Below, piece by piece: positions 29,058-36,886 of a DNA stretch of 64,000 bases (positions are counted from its first letter, which is position 1; each line of letters begins with the position of its first letter). Below the pieces are notes generated by a model. It did not search any database and was not told the origin of the DNA. It saw only the letters and a list, made by a program, of their open reading frames with translations. The position numbers and the translations under genes are program-made. Source of the stretch: a virus (taxonomy: Duplodnaviria > Caudoviricetes); the IMG/VR virus record IMGVR_UViG_3300013121_000044, positions 1-64,000 of that record; one strand, written 5' to 3'.

Positions 29058-32000
29058 CGTCGCTCTCCAACCAGCATAGCGTGGTGGCGAGCAGGTCGGG
29101 GGTCGCTTCGCGCCCCTCCTGCAAGGCGGCCAGCACCTCCGCGTCGGAGACCCAGGCGGCCTTCTTGACCGCGCTCTTGTCCTCGATCTCGATGTGGTCG
29201 GTGAGCTGGAGCGCCCCCTTGCGCCACGCGGCGATCGCTTCCTCCTCGGTCTTGAACTTCTTCGCGGGGCCCGTGGGGGTCCCCGCCTTGGAGGCGTGCG
29301 TGAACCCGATGATGGCCTCGTGTTGCGGGAAGGCCATGAGCTTTCGGCGCGTCTGGTCGGAGAGGAGCATGTTCGAGAGAGTCATGTGTTTGGCCTCTTC
29401 GATTGCGTCCTGGGTCACCGGCACGTGCACCTGGAGGGTGTCCCCGTCGTAGTCGAGGTTCATCCCCTTCTCGATGAAGGGGTTCACGCGGATGGTCTTG
29501 CCCTGCACGGGCACTGGATGTGCGGCGACGATGGACCAGCGGTGCAGCGTGGGCGCGCGGTTGATCAGGACGGGGCGTTCCTTGGTCTCCGCCAGGAGCG
29601 CTTCGCGTGCGACGGGGTCCTTCTTGTTCACGCGCTCACGCGCGTCGAGGGCCGGGTAGCCCGTACGAACGAGTCGGGCCACGACCAGTTTGTCGTACAT
29701 CTGCCAGAGCATCTGCTCCGGGAGTCCCACGTGGTCCATGCCGAGGTTGGCGTCCGGGACTGCGGTGCCGCGCCCTGACACGTCCTGCGTGCGGCGCATG
29801 AGCTTCCGCTGGAAGAAGCCCCCTTTCGGCGTGCCGACCCCCGCGATGTTCGAGAGGAACCCCTTCACGCTCTGACCCCTCAGCTCGTCGTTCTCTACGT
29901 CCTCGGTGCCGTAAAGCGCTGCGACGGCGTTGAAGACCTGACGCCTGTGCTTGGCACGATCCGATTCCACGGCGGTGGTGCGGAGCGTGTGGTTGGAGTC
30001 CATGAGGTGGCCGTAGAGCTTGTTGGCGTCCGCCACCATGAGCATCGAAGGGTCGTTCGGCTGCGGCAGGATCGGTCGGAATACGGGAGGCACCACGGGC
30101 ACCTTCGAGACGATGTACGCCTCGTGCGGCTTCATGCCCTCCTTCTGGAGCGCTTCGAGGTACTTGATCTGCTTGACGAGGTCGTTGAGCTCCGCGCCCG
30201 ACGCCTTGGTCATGCGCGTCCGGAGCTCCCGAAGACGTGAGGGAACGTCCAGTGCCTTCAGCTGCTCGTGAAACCAAGCACCGCCGTGTTCCCCCAGTTT
30301 TGCCTCGAACTCTTTCTCCGAGAGGCCGAGGAGGCGCCGCACCGGCTCCTTGAAAACGGGATGGGGGATCGCTTCCGGCAGGTCGATATGGGCGTAGAGA
30401 GTTCCCTGCGGCCCTCCCGTCAAACGCGGGTCAAAGAGCCCTCCCATTTCAGGGCGAAGGTTCTTTGCGACGAGAGTCTTGGCGTTTTCGAGGGCCCCCG
30501 TGCTCTTGGCGAGCACGTCCTTGTCCGTCATCGGCAGGAGCTTGATCTTGGACCCGCGCTTGTCGACCCGGAGACCGGCCCCCTCCAGCATGCCGACGAA
30601 CTTCGAGAAGGCGAAGGGCGGGCGTTCGACAGGGAGGGGCGCGCCGAGTTGGATCGCCTTCCAGAAGGCGTCGTTCTTCTGACCCTTGATCGTCGCCGCC
30701 TCGCGCAGGAAGTTACGGGCGTTGTGAGCGATGAGGGCGTCAAACTCCATCTTCCCGAGGCCCTTGGCGGAGTCGTCTCCGCCGGTCTTCAGCGGCTGCT
30801 CGTTCAGGTCGTACGGACCTACGCCGTGACCTGCGAAGTTGGTGTCCGTCGACTTGAAGAGCTTGTAGATGAATTGCCGCCCGACCAGGACGCCCTGCCC
30901 GTCGTGTCCCTTGATGTGGCGCTTGAGCACGGGGTCGTAGATGTGCTCCTTGTCCTTGACATCGTGCTTCTTCAGGAGGTCCGTCGCCCACTCGACCGCG
31001 TTGTGCCGCGCGTTGTTGTCGTAGATGATCGGCTTCCCTGTCTTCTCGACGACCTTTCCGACGGCGGTCTCGATCACCTGGGCCGGGTTGATGCGGGACA
31101 CCACGCCCGCCGAGGTGAGGAGGAGGTCGATGGGACGCTCCTGCGCGTCCTGGAGCATCTCATGATCGGGCACGATCTTCGCCACGACGCCCTTGTTGCC
31201 GTAGCGCCCCGCGAGCTTGTCGCCGACCTGCATCGCCTCCCGAGTCCGAACGAGGACCGTGATCTGCGAGGAAGTTCGCACCACGTCGACGACTTCGCCG
31301 GGCGTGCCGTGCGTCCAGGTGAGAGCCACCTCCTGGTAGGGGCGGGCGAGCGCCTTGGAGATCCTTCCGAGGAGCGCGTCCGTCCCCGTCACCTGGGTCT
31401 TCGTGAGACCGGCGACGAGGAGGTCGCGCGGGTGTACGGTCACCCCCTTCCGTACGACGCCGTGCTCGTCCAATACGTCGTACGCCCGAGGCCCGTACTT
31501 CGTCCCGTAGTACATCCGGTGCTTCTCGCGGTTGAGCTCGATCTGCGAGCCCAACGGGTAGACCTCCCGGTACATGTGCTCGCTCGTGAGCTTCTTCGAG
31601 CACCCCTCGCTGATCACCACCGCGTCGTTGGAGTTGACGCCGTAGTAAGGGACGTAGGCGACGCGGAGGTTCTTGCCGAGCGCGAGGACGCCGTCGCGCG
31701 TGAAGTTTGATTCCCCGAGGCGTTGCCCTTCTTGGACGCGATCCCCGGGCTTCACGCTGAGATCATGGTGAAGATACGTCTTCGACGGGAAAGGGAAGAG
31801 ACGTTGATAGGGAACCTTGACGAGGCCCTCGTCCTTGTCGGCGTTCTTCTCGGACTCCGCCTTCTTCTTCAATCCTTCCGGCCGGATGTAGACCCAACCG
31901 TCCTCGATCTTGTGGACGGTGCCGGTCACGGGCGCGCGGGGCACCACCATGTGCCCGTAGAGCGCCTCGAAGGACACTTCCCCCGGAAGGTGGGACTTCA

Positions 32001-34620
32001 CCTGGACGAAGGGCGCCTCGCGCTCCAGAAGCGGCAGGGCCTGCGTGCCCATCTTCGAGCCCATGATGGCGCGGTTCCCCTGGATCGAGTGGATCATGGG
32101 GATGAGGGTCGTGGCGGGCGAGTAGGCGTGGGACACGTGCCCGAGCTGGTGTGTGACGCGCGAGCCCGGGACACGCTTTACTTTCCCGTTCACGAACGCG
32201 TCCACCTCCCCCTTCAGGTCTTCCCCGGCGAAGGCCACGACGTGGTGGGCAAGGTCGCCCGCCTTGAGGAACTCGTCCTTCCCCGTCCGGACGTTGCGCG
32301 CGACGGTGTAGAGGTTCCCCTGGTTGTCGCGGTGCGCCGCGATCGTCGCCCGGATGTCGACGCCCGAGTGGCTCGAATTACCTGACCAATGCCCCCCGCC
32401 ACCTCCCTGGCGAACATAGAGAAGGCCCCCAGGGACCGTGGCGCAGTAGACGAGACCGTCGTGTTCTTGGGTGAAGTAGTGCCCTTTCCTGGGGACGGCC
32501 TGACGATACCGGTCCTGGAGCAGGCGCACCTCGTAAACATCGAGGTATCGGTCTTCCCGCTTGTCCGCATACACCGAGGTACGGACGGACCAGCCCAGGG
32601 AGATGGCGAGACGCTCCACGTCGCCCGCCAATCTCCGGCTTGTGGTACAGAAAACTTCCTGCGTGTAAGTCTTCCCGGTCGCGCGGCGTGAGTCGATCCG
32701 CCCATCCCCCAGGAGCAGGGTTTCGAGCAGGTTTCGGCGCGCCGCGACGGGCGCGTCGAAGAAGTACTCGGGAATGTACTTGGCATCGCAGAAGCCGAAT
32801 TGGTGGAGATACGCCGCGAGTTGCCGGTGGCTGATGTGGAACCCTTTGTCGTTACACGACCACTTAAACGGGAGGCGCTTCAGCAGTGCCTCGATCGCGG
32901 CGCACTTCCAGTCATTGGCGGCACGGCTCTGCGAGATCTGTACGTGAGCAGGCTGCCCGTTCGCCTGCGCGGAGGTTGATCCCTCCGACAGGAACCACCC
33001 CATGAAGGAGCCCCAGAGGGCGATGTCGATCGCGCGCGCCCTGCGCGGGTAACCCGCCAGCGTGGGAAGCGTGAATGTACGCTTGCGTCCGCCTCGGTAG
33101 GGGAGGTGTCCCGTGTCGAACACCCGAGGCCGCCCGTGCGCTTCATCCGCCCGCACGAGGTCGAAGCGCGGTACCGTGTTTTGGCCCAGGGGGTACACGC
33201 GATCGACGGGAGCGCAGAAAACCCTGTGGTTCGGTGTGACGAGGTAGCTGACCTTGCCCGCACGTACGCCGTACAGCCGCCCCGCGTACGGCTCTCGGAT
33301 CAGCCGATTCGCGCGGCAAAACGCCAACGCACCCCCGATCCGGCAGGCGAAGAAGTCCTTCTCGGTCACCGCGTCCCACCTCTTCCAGCCTTCTTTCGTC
33401 AATACTTCCCCGTCACCCCTGTGACACTCCGGCGTGCGGATCGGGTCGAGCGCGCCGAAGTGGGTGTTGTGGATCATTCGCGCGTCGAGCGGGATCGCCC
33501 GGTCCGAGGGGATGCCGCCTTCGCCGAGGCTGGTGACCTTGACGGCATGGTCGATGAGCTCCAACGGGTTGATCCCTGTCGGGACGGCGGTGAGAGACGA
33601 AGTTGTGACGAACTTCCGCACCGCGTCGGAGAAGGGGGCGGGCCGGAGGGCGTCGCGCACGGAAGTCTTTCCGTTGAGCGCGAACTTCGCCTTCTGGGAC
33701 CACACACGTGCGGAGAGGCGGATCCGTTCGGCCAGGAAGTCGTCCAGGGAGTGGAAGGTCTTGAACGTCAGCGCGTCCGTGTCGTCCGTGGACACCTTGC
33801 CGGAGTGAACGGCGAGGACTTTCTTCGCCGCCGCCAGGAGCGCATCCGGCGTGACCTTATCGTAACCCTTCCCGAGGGTGGCTGCTGTGACGTGAGGGTC
33901 CAGCGTAGTCTGGTCGAGTTTCCGACGCACCTCCTCCACCTTCCCCGCGTGGGGCGCCTTCGGGTTCATCACCGAGGGGTGGACGAGCTTCGCGTAGAGC
34001 TTCCCGATCGCCTTCTCGTCGTCCTTGCCGTGGGCGGCGGCATTGGCCTCCGCCACCCCGTGGCCGAGGTGCTCGACGACCTTGTCGTGCCCGACACCGA
34101 GCGCTTTCAGCACGGGGTAGAGGGGGATGTTCGTAGTCCCGTAACTCAGGTGGAACGTGCCGCGCTTCGGCTCGAAACCGAGGTCGAAGTTCTTCCCACG
34201 CCCCAGGTTGAAGATCGCCTTGAGCTCCCCGTTGTCCGCCCTTGCCGTGTACACGCCCGGCTTGCGTCGCAACTGGTTGGCCACCTGATACTCGTTGCCG
34301 TCCGCGACGAGCGTGTGCCTCTCTGTGAGATAAGGGAGGTGTACGATGGTGAAGTTCTTCGCTTCGTCGATGATCTTCCCGTCGGATCCACGCAGTACGA
34401 GCGTCCCTTTGAGGGCTTCGTCCAGGGATCCTCCCGTCAGCAGCGCCCGCCGCTGCTCCTCCGGGGAGTAGTGTTTCTCCACGACGCGGAGGTCTTTGAC
34501 TTCGAGCTTTCGCTCCCGCATGTCGAGGGGAAACGCGGTCTGAACAGCGTTCACGGCCTTGGACCGGACGCGCTCACGCAGGGACGCCGCGTCCGTCAAA
34601 ATGGGGGTCGGCTCGGTCAT
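29050..34620 (-). CDS. rpoBC: Phage RNA polymerase beta/beta'-N fusion subunit, intein-containing
   Basis: Beta motifs: NPLELIDH..VTSLGEGG, DPIRTPE, NRAIMGSKMGTQA, GDKLAGRYGNKGVV, SRIN. Beta' motifs: GGLFD, PVVPPVFRP, NRAPTLHR and catalytic NLDYDGD. Confidence 0.92.
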   Translation of the reverse strand: MTEPTPILTDAASLRERVRSKAVNAVQTAFPLDMRERKLEVKDLRVVEKHYSPEEQRRALLTGGSLDEALKGTLVLRGSDGKIIDEAKNFTIVHLPYLTERHTLVADGNEYQVANQLRRKPGVYTARADNGELKAIFNLGRGKNFDLGFEPKRGTFHLSYGTTNIPLYPVLKALGVGHDKVVEHLGHGVAEANAAAHGKDDEKAIGKLYAKLVHPSVMNPKAPHAGKVEEVRRKLDQTTLDPHVTAATLGKGYDKVTPDALLAAAKKVLAVHSGKVSTDDTDALTFKTFHSLDDFLAERIRLSARVWSQKAKFALNGKTSVRDALRPAPFSDAVRKFVTTSSLTAVPTGINPLELIDHAVKVTSLGEGGIPSDRAIPLDARMIHNTHFGALDPIRTPECHRGDGEVLTKEGWKRWDAVTEKDFFACRIGGALAFCRANRLIREPYAGRLYGVRAGKVSYLVTPNHRVFCAPVDRVYPLGQNTVPRFDLVRADEAHGRPRVFDTGHLPYRGGRKRTFTLPTLAGYPRRARAIDIALWGSFMGWFLSEGSTSAQANGQPAHVQISQSRAANDWKCAAIEALLKRLPFKWSCNDKGFHISHRQLAAYLHQFGFCDAKYIPEYFFDAPVAARRNLLETLLLGDGRIDSRRATGKTYTQEVFCTTSRRLAGDVERLAISLGWSVRTSVYADKREDRYLDVYEVRLLQDRYRQAVPRKGHYFTQEHDGLVYCATVPGGLLYVRQGGGGGHWSGNSSHSGVDIRATIAAHRDNQGNLYTVARNVRTGKDEFLKAGDLAHHVVAFAGEDLKGEVDAFVNGKVKRVPGSRVTHQLGHVSHAYSPATTLIPMIHSIQGNRAIMGSKMGTQALPLLEREAPFVQVKSHLPGEVSFEALYGHMVVPRAPVTGTVHKIEDGWVYIRPEGLKKKAESEKNADKDEGLVKVPYQRLFPFPSKTYLHHDLSVKPGDRVQEGQRLGESNFTRDGVLALGKNLRVAYVPYYGVNSNDAVVISEGCSKKLTSEHMYREVYPLGSQIELNREKHRMYYGTKYGPRAYDVLDEHGVVRKGVTVHPRDLLVAGLTKTQVTGTDALLGRISKALARPYQEVALTWTHGTPGEVVDVVRTSSQITVLVRTREAMQVGDKLAGRYGNKGVVAKIVPDHEMLQDAQERPIDLLLTSAGVVSRINPAQVIETAVGKVVEKTGKPIIYDNNARHNAVEWATDLLKKHDVKDKEHIYDPVLKRHIKGHDGQGVLVGRQFIYKLFKSTDTNFAGHGVGPYDLNEQPLKTGGDDSAKGLGKMEFDALIAHNARNFLREAATIKGQKNDAFWKAIQLGAPLPVERPPFAFSKFVGMLEGAGLRVDKRGSKIKLLPMTDKDVLAKSTGALENAKTLVAKNLRPEMGGLFDPRLTGGPQGTLYAHIDLPEAIPHPVFKEPVRRLLGLSEKEFEAKLGEHGGAWFHEQLKALDVPSRLRELRTRMTKASGAELNDLVKQIKYLEALQKEGMKPHEAYIVSKVPVVPPVFRPILPQPNDPSMLMVADANKLYGHLMDSNHTLRTTAVESDRAKHRRQVFNAVAALYGTEDVENDELRGQSVKGFLSNIAGVGTPKGGFFQRKLMRRTQDVSGRGTAVPDANLGMDHVGLPEQMLWQMYDKLVVARLVRTGYPALDARERVNKKDPVAREALLAETKERPVLINRAPTLHRWSIVAAHPVPVQGKTIRVNPFIEKGMNLDYDGDTLQVHVPVTQDAIEEAKHMTLSNMLLSDQTRRKLMAFPQHEAIIGFTHASKAGTPTGPAKKFKTEEEAIAAWRKGALQLTDHIEIEDKSAVKKAAWVSDAEVLAALQEGREATPDLLATTLCWLESDDA
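32377..33426 (-). mobile_element. Intein (350 aa) with LAGLIDADG homing endonuclease
   Basis: Junctions TPE|CHRGDGEVLT...VYCATVPGGLLYVR....WSGN|SSHSG. VTPNH block B. LAGLIDADG-like FMGWFLSEGS and LLLGDG. Codon usage visibly less biased than the extein. Confidence 0.88.
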
Positions 34621-34761
34621 CGTCTAAGTGTACGTCTGGCGGGTAAAAGAGACTGAGCCCGGCCGCGTGCCCGGGTTCCGGAGAGGCAACTCCGATGGTC
34701 ATCGTTAGCGTCCTGCGGTTCGCGATCTTCCTTCTCTAAGCGTCGTACGCCGACGCCCGCG

Positions 34762-35130
34762 TCACAGGCGACGCGGGCGTTGGCGCTCGACCTCTGCTTT
34801 GGGGCGATCGACCTCGGACCACATCACGGTGACCTGCACGATCCCCGACGGGAGCGTGGTGGTGTTCATCCGCAGGTCAATCACCTCTTCGCGGACGCCG
34901 CGCGCCAGGAGGGTGTCGAGCTCGTCCTTCCGCACGTGGGGACAGAGCTGCTCCGTGTCCGGAGGCACGTAGTCGTCGGCCTCCAGGTCCTTCTCGATTT
35001 TTTTCTGGCAGAAGCGACAGGCGGAGAGAGGTCGATACGTGACGAACGTGTCGTGATGGACGCCACGTACCGCAGGAACGCCAGGGTTGGGGCCTCGGAT
35101 GCCTTCGATGGTGTCCCAGGGGGCGCTCAT
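34762..35130 (-). CDS. Hypothetical protein (Cys motif)
   Basis: 4-bp overlap with the portal stop; CRFC...CPH. Confidence 0.65.
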   Translation of the reverse strand: MSAPWDTIEGIRGPNPGVPAVRGVHHDTFVTYRPLSACRFCQKKIEKDLEADDYVPPDTEQLCPHVRKDELDTLLARGVREEVIDLRMNTTTLPSGIVQVTVMWSEVDRPKAEVERQRPRRL

Positions 35131-36857
35131 GACCCCCCTCGCGTCTGTGCCTTCATCTCGGCCTCTTGGTTCTGCTGAATCTGCTCCAGGAGCACCCGCA
35201 GTACGGCGTACGCCACCCCGTCCTCGGTCTTGATCTGATCGAGTCGACTCTGGCGCGTGCCGGGGTCCATGCCGACGAGCTCCTCCGCGAGGGGCGTGTT
35301 CGCTGCGAACACCTGGGCCGGGTCATACGATTGACCGCCGGAGCTCCGCATGGCTTGTTGACGGGACTGGAGGCTCAGGGACTGCTGCTGCTTCTGGATC
35401 GCGAGCTGCGTCTCCGTCTCCGCGCGCGCGTCGTCGAGAGCGTCCTGCCGACGTTGCTTCCGCTCGTGCGTGAGGTCCTTGTCGATCGCATCGGCCATTG
35501 TCGAGTCGCTGATCTTCCCGGCAGCCCACATCTGCGCGGTGAGCTGCTTGTTCTCGGAGTCGTCCACCATCTTGAAGTCGGCCAACTTCATGGGGACGGA
35601 GGCCCATCGAAGGAACGACGAGGCGCGCTCCTCAGTCCACTCGATGAGGCCGTTCAGGTTCTCGATGTGCACCCGGAGCTGGTTCTCGATCATGCGGAGG
35701 GTGATCTCCCCCCGCGTCTGTCCGAGCCCGCCCTTGAGGAACTCGATCGGCACGCCGAGAGAGAGGACGATGTTCTCCTCGGCCTGCTGAAGCTCGCCGA
35801 GCGTGAGCAGGGTCTTGCCCTCGCCGCCGACGTTCTGCACCCCGACGGGAATGGGCGAGAACATCAGGCGAAGCGGGTCTCGGCGGAATGCCTTGTAGTT
35901 CATCTCCAGCTCTTGGCGCCATCGCTGGAGGTTGATGGTGGTGAGGGGGTCGCCCTGGCCGCTCGCCGCCAGCGGGTGCATCACGCGGAAGGGCGTGATG
36001 TGCTCCAGGGCGATCGCCTCGTTGGCGCGGCGGAGGATGGCCGTGAAGAAGAACATCTTGATCGCGGCGGTGATCGGCGGGTACCCCCACTGCGACTCGA
36101 CCCCGGCGGGGCCCGGCATCCGCATGTGGTAGAGGGCCCCCTCGGCGAACTTGAAGGTCTTCTTCTCCTTCATCGCCGCCAGGAAGGCCATCGGCATGTG
36201 GTTGATCTTGGTCTTGTTCCCGGCGCGAACGTCCGCGATGAGCGAGCGCGGGATCGTGTAGTAGTAGACGCACTCCCCGGTGATGGGGTTCGAGTCGATG
36301 TCGATCAGCTTGGGGTCCCACCGGATCAGCTTGAGCTTCGCGGGGTCCCGGAGCTGCTCGTCGATGACCTTGGAGATCACCCGGAGCCTGCCGCAGTTCC
36401 GGCAGTCGTGGCGGAACTCCAGGCGGTCCAGGTTGAACGCGTACCGCGCCGCGCACACGTCCTCGCGCGTGTGGCAGTGCGGGCACTGGAGGTCGCGCTT
36501 GATGGGCTCGTAGAGGGACACGAAGCTGTTCCCCGTGAGCCACACGTCGAAGCTCACGAGCGTGAGGAACCCCTTCAAGCGGAGCTGCTTCTCGAAGAGG
36601 CGCTCGTGCCGCTTCTTCTCGGCCTCGCCGCTCGTCTCGTACACGAAGCGGGTGATCGGGTACTCCCCGAACTTTCGCACCGTGCCATAGATGTGCGCGG
36701 AGTTGAACCCGATGTATTCCGCTTGACGGAGGAGGTCCTTGAGCTTGCGGGGTGTGAACCCCGTCAAGTAGTCGAACATCGGGTTGGGGTGGCTGGAGCC
36801 ACGCGCCCCCGAGAGCGGGTCGGAGAACTGGTCGAAGTCGATCACTTGCGAACTCAA
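35127..36857 (-). CDS. Portal protein with Zn-ribbon insertion
   Basis: 576 aa; DVWLTGNSFVS, LYHMRMP....WGYPPI, IVLSLGVPIEFL and a coiled C-terminus; CPHC...CRNC insertion. Confidence 0.75.
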   Translation of the reverse strand: MSSQVIDFDQFSDPLSGARGSSHPNPMFDYLTGFTPRKLKDLLRQAEYIGFNSAHIYGTVRKFGEYPITRFVYETSGEAEKKRHERLFEKQLRLKGFLTLVSFDVWLTGNSFVSLYEPIKRDLQCPHCHTREDVCAARYAFNLDRLEFRHDCRNCGRLRVISKVIDEQLRDPAKLKLIRWDPKLIDIDSNPITGECVYYYTIPRSLIADVRAGNKTKINHMPMAFLAAMKEKKTFKFAEGALYHMRMPGPAGVESQWGYPPITAAIKMFFFTAILRRANEAIALEHITPFRVMHPLAASGQGDPLTTINLQRWRQELEMNYKAFRRDPLRLMFSPIPVGVQNVGGEGKTLLTLGELQQAEENIVLSLGVPIEFLKGGLGQTRGEITLRMIENQLRVHIENLNGLIEWTEERASSFLRWASVPMKLADFKMVDDSENKQLTAQMWAAGKISDSTMADAIDKDLTHERKQRRQDALDDARAETETQLAIQKQQQSLSLQSRQQAMRSSGGQSYDPAQVFAANTPLAEELVGMDPGTRQSRLDQIKTEDGVAYAVLRVLLEQIQQNQEAEMKAQTRGGS

Positions 36858-36886
36858 TGCCTCATGCAGGAGAGGATCACAACACC

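Noticed and set aside
26406-34620. Host chromosomal rpoBC operon
   Set aside because: The genes are highly divergent, split and fused differently, have no ribosomal-protein neighbours and are coupled to phage genes.
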